Source: Nitrospinales bacterium (GTDB lineage: Bacteria; Nitrospinota; Nitrospinia; Nitrospinales; JAJDAT01). Taken from it: DNA of 32,418 bases. Numbering within the stretch: the stretch's first letter is position 1; each line of letters opens with the position of its first letter. The notes beneath the pieces are model-generated. The model was not told the origin of the DNA. It did not search any database and saw only the letters and a program-made list of their open reading frames with translations. The stretch lies in contig JBHHYO010000024.1 of the NCBI GenBank assembly GCA_046757665.1, forward strand, positions 1-32,418. Reading direction: 5' to 3'. This document shows, in pieces, positions 8,267-18,500 of this stretch. A program made the position numbers and the translations under genes.

Positions 8267-9094
8267 TTGATGATGCGGGCATCCAGTTTTTTTTACCGTT
8301 TTCTTTTGTTTGCCGGCGTTTTGTTTTTTTCGGCTTCGACGGCCGTTGCCGGTTCCCCGGCGGAGAACCCCGCGGAAACGGAAATGGTCCGGATCGCCGC
8401 CGGACCGTTTATGATGGGAAGCTCGGAGAAGGATATCGAATGGATCGTCCGGGCGTTTTTTTCCGAAACCAGGGAATGGTATCGCGGCGAAACCCCGGCG
8501 CAGGCGGCTTTTCTTCCGGAGTACTCTATCGACAAATACGAGGTTACGGTTTCCCGGTACAAGCGGTTTTTGGAGAAGACGGGCCGTCCGCCGCCCAGGG
8601 ATTTCGATAACCCAAGGTTTAACCAGCCCGACCATCCGGTGGTGGGTGTTACGTGGGAGGACGCCTCGATGTATTGCCGGTGGCTGGGCAAGCGTTTGCC
8701 CACGGAAGCGGAATGGGAAAAAGCCGCCCGCGGCAAGGATGGCAGAAGGTATCCCTGGGGCAATACCCCGGATGAAATGAAAACCAATGCCTTGGGCAAA
8801 AAGGACCATTACCGTTACACCGCCCCTGTTGGGCAGTTCCCGGAAGGACAAAGCCCTTACGGCGTTATGGACATGGCCGGCAATGTCTGGGAATGGACCC
8901 AGGACTGGTATTTGCCGTACCACGGCAACGACCAGAAAAGCGACCTGTTCGGAAAGAAACTCAAAGTGATCCGGGGCGGGTCCTGGAATTCCAACATGGA
9001 CCTGGCTCGGTCGGCACTGCGCGGGAAAAGCTTTCCGGACAAGGCGTACAATTATATCGGCTTTCGTTGCGCCGCCACCCCGCGGAAGAACTGA
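8267..9094 (+). CDS. Exported FGE-sulfatase (SUMF1/EgtB/PvdO) fold protein
   Basis: Signal peptide ending AVA-G. FMMGS, IDKYEVT, PVVGVTWEDA, RLPTEAEWEKAARG, DMAGNVWEW, RGGSW and IGFRC. The start could be any of 8267, 8270 or 8273. Confidence 0.9.
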   Translation: MMMRASSFFYRFLLFAGVLFFSASTAVAGSPAENPAETEMVRIAAGPFMMGSSEKDIEWIVRAFFSETREWYRGETPAQAAFLPEYSIDKYEVTVSRYKRFLEKTGRPPPRDFDNPRFNQPDHPVVGVTWEDASMYCRWLGKRLPTEAEWEKAARGKDGRRYPWGNTPDEMKTNALGKKDHYRYTAPVGQFPEGQSPYGVMDMAGNVWEWTQDWYLPYHGNDQKSDLFGKKLKVIRGGSWNSNMDLARSALRGKSFPDKAYNYIGFRCAATPRKN

Positions 9095-9114
9095 TTTTGA
9101 CAAGGAATAAACCC

Positions 9115-9927
9115 ATGCGAACAGGTTTGAAAATCATTGCTACCATTTTTTTCATGATTCTGATTGTCCCGGCGGGTTTCGCCCATGGGCCGGACCGGCA
9201 TTCGGACGGGCAGAAACCAGGCCAGCAAGGCCATCCCGACGGGGGGAAACCGCATGGCGGTCATCACGGATATGGCCACCGCAAGGGACCGCCCGCCGAT
9301 ATCCCCGCGCATATCAAACAACGCACCAGCCCCGATGGAACGGCCATCAACCTGAACGGTTCGCAAGTCGGGTTGCAGGGCATGGTTTTCATGGCGGAAT
9401 TTCCGTTGCTCAAGAATGTCACCTCCATGGCCCTGAAGGGAAACCGGTTCGGCGATGAAGGCGTTAAAATCCTGGCGGAGTCGGGAACCTTTCAACATCT
9501 GGAACACTTGTCGCTTTGGGACAATCACATCACCGCGGCGGGCGGAAAAATGATCGCCCGGTCGCAAAACTTCACCAACCTCAAGGAACTGAACCTGATG
9601 GGAAACGGCCTGGGAGACGCGGGAGCTATCGCCCTCGTGGAATCCCCCAACGTGAGCCGGCTGACGTTTCTGGATTTGAGCGCCAACGGCCTTGGCGATG
9701 CGGCGGCTATCGCCATTGCAAACTCTCCGCATTTGGCCCGCATCAAACGGCTGGAACTGTTCAAAAACCAGATCGGCCCGCGGGGCGTTAAAGCGCTGGT
9801 TCAATCCAAGCACCTGCAAAACCTGGAATACCTGGACCTGACCCGCAACGCCCTGGATTTTGACACGGCCCAGTCGCTGGCAAAGGAAACCTCACTGCCC
9901 AAACTGAAAATCCTGATTTTGTACTGA
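9115..9927 (+). CDS. Exported leucine-rich-repeat protein with a His/Gly-rich N-terminus
   Basis: ATG at 9115 with AAGGA RBS; the ORF-track start at 8893 overlaps the upstream gene. A 23-aa signal peptide, a segment with 7 His, then 27-aa LRRs. Confidence 0.8.
   Translation: MRTGLKIIATIFFMILIVPAGFAHGPDRHSDGQKPGQQGHPDGGKPHGGHHGYGHRKGPPADIPAHIKQRTSPDGTAINLNGSQVGLQGMVFMAEFPLLKNVTSMALKGNRFGDEGVKILAESGTFQHLEHLSLWDNHITAAGGKMIARSQNFTNLKELNLMGNGLGDAGAIALVESPNVSRLTFLDLSANGLGDAAAIAIANSPHLARIKRLELFKNQIGPRGVKALVQSKHLQNLEYLDLTRNALDFDTAQSLAKETSLPKLKILILY
9418..9903 (+). repeat. Six tandem 27-aa (81-nt) leucine-rich repeats within the CDS
   Basis: Consensus LxxLxLxxNxLGDxGAxALxxSxxLxx, for example LKELNLMGNGLGDAGAIALVESPNVSR and LTFLDLSANGLGDAAAIAIANSPHLAR. 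Confidence 0.9.
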
Positions 9928-9943
9928 TGGCCCCGGCCGCGTC

Positions 9944-10300
9944 ATGTTTCAAAAAATCGCTTACACTTGCTATCCCGTCCGGGACATGGCACGGGCGGTG
10001 GATTTCTACCGCGATGTGCTGGGATTGAAACCCCTGTTTACTGGCGATGAGTGGTCGGAATTCGAAATCGGCGGACAGCGGCTGGCCCTGCGGAAAATGG
10101 CTTCCCCGGCATCCACCGTGGCCGCGGTCTCCCTGGAGGCCACGCCGATCGAACATGCGGTTGAAAAACTGAAAAGCCGGGGCGTCCGGATAGCGCGGGA
10201 CGTTCAGGTTTTTCCATACGGCAAGTTGGCAAGCTTCCTGGACTCCGAGGGAAACCTCGTCGGCCTTTACGAACCGCCCGCCAAACCCTCAAACCGCTGA
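9944..10300 (+). CDS. VOC (glyoxalase/bleomycin resistance) family protein
   Basis: VRDMARAVDFYRDVLGL and FLDSEGNLVGLYE; 118 aa. Confidence 0.88.
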   Translation: MFQKIAYTCYPVRDMARAVDFYRDVLGLKPLFTGDEWSEFEIGGQRLALRKMASPASTVAAVSLEATPIEHAVEKLKSRGVRIARDVQVFPYGKLASFLDSEGNLVGLYEPPAKPSNR

Positions 10301-10906
10301 AGTCCACAACAGTTTGTTGAAGGCATACCACGCCATCGTCAAGTACTCACCCATGAAATAGTTGGCGTATGTGGTTTTGCGCCACCAATGCTCGAAAGCG
10401 GCCCGGGAATCGTTTTTATAAGGTTGTACGTAAACGGTGATTTCACTGCCGTCAAAGACGCGGTCAAAAAAGAAACGATGCCGCCGGGTTTTGTAGAAAC
10501 TGAAAAGAAAAAGCGCGGCGCGGATTTTTTTCTTTGCGAAAAATGCCTTAAACGCTTGTGCCTTCCGCAAATCGTTGTCCGCCGTTACGCGCAACAGGTA
10601 GAGGTCTTCATCCCGGATGCCGGCTCGGCGGGCGCGTTTTCTGATGGCGTCCTCGGAGTCCAGCGCTCTCAAGGCCGACCAGTTGGGGCGGGAGTTTTTT
10701 TGCGTTGCGACGACAACTTTTTTGCACCGACCCTGCTTGTAGCAGGTTAAGGCTTTTCCCACGAACCGGTTCGTCACCACGGCATCCACTGCGGCCGCTT
10801 CCTCGGTTACGAGCAGGAAAGCTCCCGCCTGGTGCAAGACCCGCGGGAAAATCATTGCCATGAATGCCAGCATGATCAATATTGCCGCCAAACGCCTATA
10901 TCTCAT
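10289..10906 (-). CDS. Divergent YdcF/DUF218 (ElyC/SanA-like) membrane-anchored protein
   Basis: ATG at 10906 in a TGATG overlap, with GGAGGA RBS. N-terminal TM helix, FLLV...VDAVV, SFYKTRR and WW...GEYL; resembles the upstream paralog. Confidence 0.6.
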   Translation of the reverse strand: MRYRRLAAILIMLAFMAMIFPRVLHQAGAFLLVTEEAAAVDAVVTNRFVGKALTCYKQGRCKKVVVATQKNSRPNWSALRALDSEDAIRKRARRAGIRDEDLYLLRVTADNDLRKAQAFKAFFAKKKIRAALFLFSFYKTRRHRFFFDRVFDGSEITVYVQPYKNDSRAAFEHWWRKTTYANYFMGEYLTMAWYAFNKLLWTSAV

Positions 10907-11529
10907 CAGTCCTCCAGCAAAAAGTGAATGCGGAAAAAATCGAGAGGAATTTTGATCCATTCCATCACAACGTATTTAAACTCACGGGGATACTTCCACC
11001 ATTGGCGGGGGTGCGGCAGATCGGGCTTGAACTCGGCGGGCAGGTAATGCAATCGGGCGGCGGTCCCCCGGAAAACATGATCGAAAATCATGGCCAGCCG
11101 CCGCATGTTGTAACTGTCGCTGACCACGCCGGCGGTGGTGAATGACCGCTCCGCCATGATTTTTTTCGCCACGCGGGCATCGACCAGCGTGCTGGTGGAT
11201 TGTTCCAGAATAAGCCGCCGCTTGGGCAGTCCCAGGGCCAGGGCCTCCTGCGCCGCCAGGTCCAGCGGGGATTTCCCCGGGATGGGCGTTGTGATTCTCG
11301 GGTCTCCGAGGATCAAAAGTTTCGTGGCCGGGTTTTTTTGCGCCAACCCGACCGCATAACGAAAACGCGCGTAGGAGCCTGTCGATACGACGATCACATC
11401 GGCTTTTGGCGCCGGGCCGCGTAGCATCAGGAATTCCGCGGCCGGGGGTAACCAGAACCCCTGGCTCATGACCGCCGTCAGATAAGACAACGCAAGCGCT
11501 CCCAGACCTTTTGCCAAGATTTTAACCAT
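10906..11529 (-). CDS. YdcF/DUF218 family protein
   Basis: N-terminal TM helix, KADVIVV, LEQSTSTLVDA, VVSDSYNMRR and WW...MEWIK. ATG at 11529 preferred. Confidence 0.8.
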   Translation of the reverse strand: MVKILAKGLGALALSYLTAVMSQGFWLPPAAEFLMLRGPAPKADVIVVSTGSYARFRYAVGLAQKNPATKLLILGDPRITTPIPGKSPLDLAAQEALALGLPKRRLILEQSTSTLVDARVAKKIMAERSFTTAGVVSDSYNMRRLAMIFDHVFRGTAARLHYLPAEFKPDLPHPRQWWKYPREFKYVVMEWIKIPLDFFRIHFLLED

Positions 11530-11606
11530 TTTCCCCAACCTGGGTTTTTTAATATATAATGTCATCCTGGAAAGAAAATCACTCAAAATTTGTTTTTTCC
11601 GAAGAG

Positions 11607-12116
11607 ATGGACAACCCGCTAACGCATTTTAACGAACAAGGCCGTGCCCGCATGGTTGACGTCAGCGAAAAGGACGTTACGCGGCGCATTGCCACGGCCC
11701 AGGGCAAGGTGCTCATGCAACCCGAGACCTTACAACTGATCCGGAGCGGGAAAATCGAAAAAGGCGACGTCCTCGCCGTCGCCCAGGTGGCGGGCGTTAT
11801 GGCGGCGAAAAAAACTTTCGAAATTATCCCCATGTGCCACCCGCTCCCGCTGGCCAACGTCGATATCAACTTCTCCGAAAACCCGGAAGAAACCGACGGG
11901 CGGTGTTCCATCGGCATCACCGCGACGGTGAAGGTCACCGGCCGGACGGGTGTTGAGATGGAGGCCTTGACGGCGGTTTCCGTCGCCGCCCTTACCATCT
12001 ACGATATGTGCAAGGCGGTCGACCGCGGCATGGTTTTCAGGGATATTGAGTTGACTCATAAAAGCGGCGGAAAGTCCGGAACTTTCGAAAAACGGCGGAA
12101 CCATGATAACGGTTAA
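11607..12116 (+). CDS. moaC: Cyclic pyranopterin monophosphate synthase MoaC
   Basis: [48 protein letters not shown] and KSGGKSG. Confidence 0.97.
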   Translation: MDNPLTHFNEQGRARMVDVSEKDVTRRIATAQGKVLMQPETLQLIRSGKIEKGDVLAVAQVAGVMAAKKTFEIIPMCHPLPLANVDINFSENPEETDGRCSIGITATVKVTGRTGVEMEALTAVSVAALTIYDMCKAVDRGMVFRDIELTHKSGGKSGTFEKRRNHDNG

Positions 12117-12357
12117 ATACTTTGCCGGTTTAAAAACCATCGCGGGAAGCGAAGAGGATCGTTTTGACCTGGGAAGCGAAACCACGTTGCGCGCCCTGGA
12201 CGAAGCCATCGGCAAGGTCCATCCCGAATTGAAAAACCTGATCCGCGAAAGAAAAGTCATGGTCTCGGTGAATCATGATGTGGCCTCCCCGGACAGTACC
12301 ATAAAAGACGGAGACGAAGTGGCCCTCTTGCCTCCCTTTTCGGGCGGGTCAAGGTAA
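12103..12357 (+). CDS. moaD: Molybdopterin synthase sulfur carrier MoaD, with a 2-residue C-terminal extension
   Basis: ITVKYFA...SVNH...[14 protein letters not shown] followed by SR; lies between moaC and moaE. Confidence 0.93.
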   Translation: MITVKYFAGLKTIAGSEEDRFDLGSETTLRALDEAIGKVHPELKNLIRERKVMVSVNHDVASPDSTIKDGDEVALLPPFSGGSR

Positions 12358-12374
12358 AACGAAGGAGAATTTCC

Positions 12375-12815
12375 ATGGATACCTTAACGGCGGAATCCAA
12401 AGTCAGAATCCAAAAAGAAGATTTTTCGGTCACCGATGAAATCGAGGCCATCAAAAAAGTTTCCCGCAATATCGGCGGCATTGCCGTTTTCCTGGGAACG
12501 GGGCGGGAATTGTCCAAGGGGCGGGACATCGCCAAACTGCATTTCGAGCATTACCCGGTAATGGCCGAAAAAAAACTCGCGGCGATCAGGGAAAAGGCCA
12601 TCGACGATTTCAAAATCATCGACATGAGCATCGTCCACCGAGTCGGCGTGATCGATATCGGGGAAAACATCGTCCTCATCGTCGCCGCGGGCGAGCATCG
12701 CAAAGAGGCCTTCGCCGCCTGCGAGTGGGCCATTACTGAACTCAAACGCACCACCCCCATCTGGAAACGGGAAACGACTTCCCAGGGAGAGGTTTGGGTG
12801 ACCGACACCCCCTGA
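12375..12815 (+). CDS. moaE: Molybdopterin synthase catalytic subunit MoaE
   Basis: GGIAVFLG, FEHYPVMA, HRVG, HRKEAF and LKRTTPIWKRE. GAAGGAG RBS. Confidence 0.95.
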   Translation: MDTLTAESKVRIQKEDFSVTDEIEAIKKVSRNIGGIAVFLGTGRELSKGRDIAKLHFEHYPVMAEKKLAAIREKAIDDFKIIDMSIVHRVGVIDIGENIVLIVAAGEHRKEAFAACEWAITELKRTTPIWKRETTSQGEVWVTDTP

Positions 12816-12841
12816 CCCGAAAACGGAAATATTTTCCGCTC

Positions 12842-15514
12842 ATGCCCATTCCCGCGTTAGAAGAAGGCATCGTTCTGACAGCCGGTTCCCGGTTGGCTCG
12901 ATGGCTTATTTTGCGGCACGGCGAGCGGCGGAAAAACGAGGGTTTGCAATGTTGGCCCACGCCGCCGATTTTTTCCCTGGCGGATTGGCTCAAGACCCTC
13001 TGGCGGCAATCCTGGCCGGAGCGGTATGTCCTTTCTCACCTGCAATCCGTCAAACTCTGGGAAAGTATTATACAAGGCGGTCCTCATGCGCCGAAACCGG
13101 ACCTCTTGCATCTTCGCGGCGCGGCCGAACGGGCGGCCCAGGCCTATGGGTTGATCCGGCAGTACCGGCTTCCGGCGGGAGCGGAAGTTTTCAAATACAC
13201 GCATGAATCCGAGACTTTTTGCGGCTGGGTCAAACGTTATGAAGCACGGCTGAACCAGTGGCGGGCTTTGGACCCCGCTTGCCTGCCGGATGCGGTCAGG
13301 GAAGCCATGAAAAAAGGCTCCATCCCGTTGCCCGAGCGTCTGGTTCTCGCCGGATTCGACGAAATCACTCCGCAACTCCATTCCCTGCTGGACTTTTTGC
13401 GATCAAGTGGCGTGGCGGTTCAGGACGGGCCGCCGCAATCATCCGCGGATGAGGTCGCCAAGGACCGCCGCGTGGAAGTCCGGGAATACACGGACCGGCA
13501 ACAGGAAGCCATTCAATGCGCGCGTTGGATACGAGAGCGCCATCAGCCGGGAACAGCCATTGGCGTGGTGGACCTGAACCGGTACGACAGCCTGCTGAAA
13601 AAGGAGCTGGCCGCGGAGCTTGCTCCGCAATCCGTTTTCCCCTGGCGGGAGGAGGCGCTTCCGTTTAATTTCCCTTCCATCGATTCCCTGGCGCGGCAAC
13701 CCATGATCCAGCCGGCCCTGTCCCTGCTTTCGATGCCAGGGGGCGCCATTGCTTTTGCGCCGTTCGCCGCTCTTTTGACGAGCCCGTTCCTGTATGGCGG
13801 CCAAAGCGAAACGCAGGCGCGAGCCGAGCTCGACTCCCATCTGCGTTACCGGAATATGAACACGGTGTGCCTGGACCGCCTGGATACACTGATCGATCCG
13901 GAAACCGCGCCGCGATTGAAATTTTTTGTCCAGTCCTGGCGCGAGTTGATTGGCGACGGGCAACGGTTGCCGCCCAGTGCCTGGGCGCATCATTTTTCCG
14001 GGTTTTTACGGCGTATCGGCTGGCCCGCGGGTGACGGCTCCTGGACGGCAAACATGCGCTGGACGCATCGCGTCTGGATGGAGTGCCTGGACGCACTCGC
14101 CTCGCTGGACGGAGTTATGGGCAGTATCGACCGCCTTGCCGCCGCCGGCCTTCTGTCTCAAATTACTGAAGAAAAGCCGTTCCATTTAAAAACCGACGAC
14201 CAGCTGATTCAAGTGGTGGGGTTGGAGGACTCTGCCGGGCTGGCATTCGACCATCTTTGGGTCATGGGGTGCAACGCGGATGTTTTGCCGGCATCCCCAT
14301 CGCCCAATCCGTTTCTTCCCCTGCCGTTGCAAAAAAAACTCCCCCATGCCACCGGGGACTGGGAACTTAAATTTGCCGAACGGGTTTTGCGCCGTTTGCT
14401 GGGTGCCGCGCCGGATATTGTATTCAGTTTTCCCGGGTGGGATGGAGAAGCCGCGCTGAGGATGAGCCCCTTGCTCAAGGACCTTCCGCAATGCCGGCCC
14501 GCTCCGGAAATCACCTGTTCCCACAGGATGATCGACCAGCTTCAATCGCCGATCGAATTGCAAACCTGGCGGGACAATCCGGCCCTTCCTTTTGGCCCCG
14601 ACGAGCGCCGCGAACTACAGCAAACGATTTCCCGGCAGGGTTGCAACGTGTTAAGGAACCAGGCGCACTGTCCGTTCCGCGCTTTTGCGCAACACCGCCT
14701 GCACGCGGAAAAACTGGTTTCTCCGGAAGCCTTGCTCGACTCCGAAGAAAGCATGACGCGGGGTAGCCTGGTCCACAAGGCGCTGGAGATTTTTTGGAAA
14801 AAGGTGAAAACCCGGACGCAGTTGCAACGGTTGAAGGAAGAAAATCGACTCCTCGCCGTCATTCACGACAGCGTCCGGCAGGCTGTCCGCAAAACGTTCG
14901 ACCGCGCCGTCTTAAACAGGCAGTCCCGTTTCGTCGAGCTGGAGGTCGAGCGGGTAAACGCTCTCTTGAAAGACTGGATGGAACGGGAATTATTGCGCAC
15001 CGACTTTGAAGTTATTTTGAAGGAAAAAGACGAATCGGTGACTATCGGCGAATTGGAACTGAACATCCGCATCGACCGCATGGACCGGGTGGAGAGCGGC
15101 CAACGCATCCTCATCGATTACAAAACCGGACAGTGCAATACGGCGGATTGGTTTCAGGATCGAATTCAAGAACCTCAGCTTCCGCTATATGCCTTGAAGT
15201 TCTTGCCGGATGCCATTGCCTACGCGCCCATCCGAAAAAGTGAAAAAAATCCGGGTTATAAACTGGTTGCCGGGGATGCTTCCCTTGTGACGGCCCTTTG
15301 TGGCGGGAAAAATGCGCGCTGTGTCGATTGGCAGGAAAAAATGGATTTTTGGAGAGACCGCCTAACCGCCCTGGCGGACGAATTCCTTGCCGGCAGATTG
15401 TCGATCAATCCCTTTAGAGGGTCGAAAACCTGCAGGAATTGTGGGCTGAACAGTCTGTGCCGAATTGAAGAGATCGACAACACGATTTCGGACTCGGAGG
15501 AGATGGACGAGTGA
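12842..15514 (+). CDS. AddB-like DNA repair protein (inactive helicase fold plus PD-(D/E)XK nuclease with Fe-S cysteines)
   Basis: About 890 aa with no Walker A motif. HCPFRAFA, RGSLVH, RIDRMD...IDYKTG, PQLPLY and CRNCGLNSLCR. Its stop overlaps the helicase start (GTGA). Confidence 0.85.
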   Translation: MPIPALEEGIVLTAGSRLARWLILRHGERRKNEGLQCWPTPPIFSLADWLKTLWRQSWPERYVLSHLQSVKLWESIIQGGPHAPKPDLLHLRGAAERAAQAYGLIRQYRLPAGAEVFKYTHESETFCGWVKRYEARLNQWRALDPACLPDAVREAMKKGSIPLPERLVLAGFDEITPQLHSLLDFLRSSGVAVQDGPPQSSADEVAKDRRVEVREYTDRQQEAIQCARWIRERHQPGTAIGVVDLNRYDSLLKKELAAELAPQSVFPWREEALPFNFPSIDSLARQPMIQPALSLLSMPGGAIAFAPFAALLTSPFLYGGQSETQARAELDSHLRYRNMNTVCLDRLDTLIDPETAPRLKFFVQSWRELIGDGQRLPPSAWAHHFSGFLRRIGWPAGDGSWTANMRWTHRVWMECLDALASLDGVMGSIDRLAAAGLLSQITEEKPFHLKTDDQLIQVVGLEDSAGLAFDHLWVMGCNADVLPASPSPNPFLPLPLQKKLPHATGDWELKFAERVLRRLLGAAPDIVFSFPGWDGEAALRMSPLLKDLPQCRPAPEITCSHRMIDQLQSPIELQTWRDNPALPFGPDERRELQQTISRQGCNVLRNQAHCPFRAFAQHRLHAEKLVSPEALLDSEESMTRGSLVHKALEIFWKKVKTRTQLQRLKEENRLLAVIHDSVRQAVRKTFDRAVLNRQSRFVELEVERVNALLKDWMERELLRTDFEVILKEKDESVTIGELELNIRIDRMDRVESGQRILIDYKTGQCNTADWFQDRIQEPQLPLYALKFLPDAIAYAPIRKSEKNPGYKLVAGDASLVTALCGGKNARCVDWQEKMDFWRDRLTALADEFLAGRLSINPFRGSKTCRNCGLNSLCRIEEIDNTISDSEEMDE

Positions 15515-18500
15515 CCTCTATCGGCGACGCTCAACAAAGAGAACAAGCACTCGATCCTTCCCGATCGTTTATCGTTCAGGCTCCGGCGGGATCGGGAAAA
15601 ACGGAACTGCTGATTCAACGGTACCTCAAGTTGCTGGGATTCGTGGAATACCCCGAGCAGATTCTCGCTATGACGTTTACCCGCAAGGCCGCCGCGGAAA
15701 TGAAAGTCCGCATCCTGAAAGCGTTGGAAAACGGCCGGTCGGATACGCCCCCCGCATCGGAACATGAAAAACGCACCTGGGAATTGGCGCGCAAGGCCCT
15801 CGAACACGATCGGAAAAGGCAATGGCGCCTGCTGGACAACGCTTCCCGCTTGCGAATCCAAACCATCGACTCGTTTTGCCGCGCGCTGGCCGTCCAGATG
15901 CCGCTCCTGACCCGTCTGGGCGAACCGCCCACCGCTGAGGAAAATGCGGAAGACCTTTACCGGGAAACGGCGCGTCGAGCCTTGCAACTCGTGGAATCGG
16001 ACACCCCGGAGGGCGAGGTGATGCGATCCCTCTTGAGCCATCTGGATAATTCCCAATCCGCCTTTCTGCAAGGGATGATCGACTTGCTGGGGAAACGGGC
16101 TCAATGGCTGACCGACTTTTTCCAAAAACTGTCGCTTGACGAACAAACAAAAACCAAACTGGAAAACGTCCTCAAGGATTTGATAGAGGACAAGCTCAAC
16201 CGGGTTGCAACTCTTTTCCCTCCGGAAATAGCCGGTCCGCTTCCCGCATTGGCGTCCTTCAGCGCAAAAAATCTTGCGGACGCCAATCCGGAATATGCCG
16301 GCGCCTGCCTGATCGGCTTGCGCGCTTTGCCTTCGCCGACGGTTGCCGACCTCCCGCAATGGAAAGCCCTGGCGCGCCTGTTGACGACGGATGGAGGCGC
16401 TTATAGAAAAACCGGTGGCGTAAACGCCAAAATTGGTTTTCCATCGGGAAAATCCGATCCGGAAAAAACCATGAAAGCGGATTTTCGAGCTTTGCTTGAA
16501 TTACTCGAAGACCGGGAAGAACTTGAGGAAGCCTTGCAAGAGATAAAGGCATTGCCTCAACCGTCTTTCTCGGACGGGGAGTGGAACAATCTCAGGGCTT
16601 TAATCCTTTTGCTTTCCAGGTTGGCGAAAATCCTCCGCGACGTGTTTGGCGAACACGGGAAAACGGATTTTACCGAAATCATCCTGTCGGCTCTGGATGC
16701 CCTGGGCGGGGCAAGCGACCCCAGCGATTTGCTGTTGAAACTCGACATGAAACTGCAACACATTCTGGTGGATGAATACCAGGACACGTCCTTTAAACAA
16801 CATCAACTCCTGAAAACGTTGATCTCCGGCTGGATGCGCGGTGACGGCAGGTCGCTTTTTCTTGTCGGCGACCCCATGCAGTCCATTTACCGGTTCCGCG
16901 ACGCCGAGGTCGGATTGTTTCTCGATGCGCGGGACAAAGGGATCGGTGACATTCAACTCACGCCTCTGACCTTGAAAACGAATTTTCGTTCGCAAGGGAA
17001 GATCGTCGCCTGGGTGAATGAATGTTTCGGAGAGGTTTTCCCCAAGGCAGACGACCCAATTCTTGGCGCCATCAGGCATTCGCAATCGCAGGCGGCGCGG
17101 CCGGAGGACGACTTGCCGGGCGTGGTCCTGCATTCGCTGGAGGAATCGAAAACCAGCGAGGAGGCGGACTCGATCGTCGAACTCATCCGGGGAATCCGCG
17201 CAAACCACGAGACCGAATCCATTGCCGTATTGGTGCGGGCGCGGCGGCATTTGCCGGCTATTGTTCATGCCCTTCAGGAGAATCATATCCCCTTCCAGGC
17301 CGAGGAAATTTACTCCCTGGACACCCGCCCGGCGATTTTGGACCTGCTGGCGCTGATGCGCTCTCTGCTTTTTCCCCAGGACCGCCTGTCCTGGCTTGCC
17401 ATTCTTCGCGCACCCTGGTGCGGTTTGGCACTGGAAGACTTGCATCGGTTATGCCATGACGATACCTCCTCTCCCATCTGGGCGTTGCTCAACGATTGCG
17501 AGCGCCTGGCCCGGTTGTCCACTGACGGGCAGACCCGCGTTAGCCGGTTTGTTGCCATAATGGCCAACGCCCTGGAGTGCCGTTCTGCCACCAACCCGCG
17601 CGATTTGGTGGAAGGATGCTGGATTGCCCTGGGAGGCCCGGCCTGCGTCGATGGCGCCGCCTTGCAGGACGCCGAGGTGTTTTTCGACAAAATCAGTGAG
17701 ATGATCGAGGAAGGCCATACCGACCGGCTGGAGTATTTTGAAAGCCGTTTGAAAAACATTTATGCCGCCGCCGGCGCCGGCGTGGTTGGAGCCGTCAACA
17801 TCATGACCATGCACAAGGCCAAGGGATTGGAATTCGACTTCGTGATTCTGCCGGGCCTGGGCAAGCAACCGCGGTCCCCCAAGCAAAGGCTTCTGTTCTG
17901 GATTCCGCATGGCGAGAATCTCCTCATAGCGCCGATACAGGAACGCGGCGGAGCAAGATCGGAAATCTACGATTTTCTCGCCTTGCTGGACAAAAAAAAG
18001 GAATCGCTGGAGACATTTCGTCTTTTGTACGTTGCCGCCACGCGGGCAAAAAAGCAACTTCACCTTTTTGGCCACGTACCCATCAAAAACGGAGAAAGAA
18101 AACCGACCGCCAACTCGCTTTTGCAGAAACTGTGGCCCTATGTTCAACGGCAATGGCCGCCGACCGGAGCGGCGCACGAGACTCCCGCAAGCGGTCAAAC
18201 GCCTTCAATAAGGGCTCCCGTCATTCAACGCTTGCCGGCGGATTTTCCGGGTGTGACGCCGATGTTACAAACTTCGTCCGAACCCGAAGATGAAACGTCG
18301 CCGGAGTTCGTTTGGGCCGGAAACCAGGCTCGTTGCCTGGGAACGGTTTTACATTTGGTTTTTCAGGACCTGGCCGGACCGGATGCAAGGACAAGGATGA
18401 GCGCGGAACAACTTAAACCGGCGCTTGCCGCCGCCCTCCTGGGAGAGGGCCTGCCACACGGTCAATTGGAAAACGCCGTCGCCGACGCGCTCCGCGCCAT

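Noticed and set aside
8970..9094. FGE/C-type-lectin C-termini (also 23801-23910) as diversity-generating retroelement variable regions
   Set aside because: There is no reverse transcriptase in the window and I found no near-identical template repeat differing at adenines. A remote DGR cannot be excluded.
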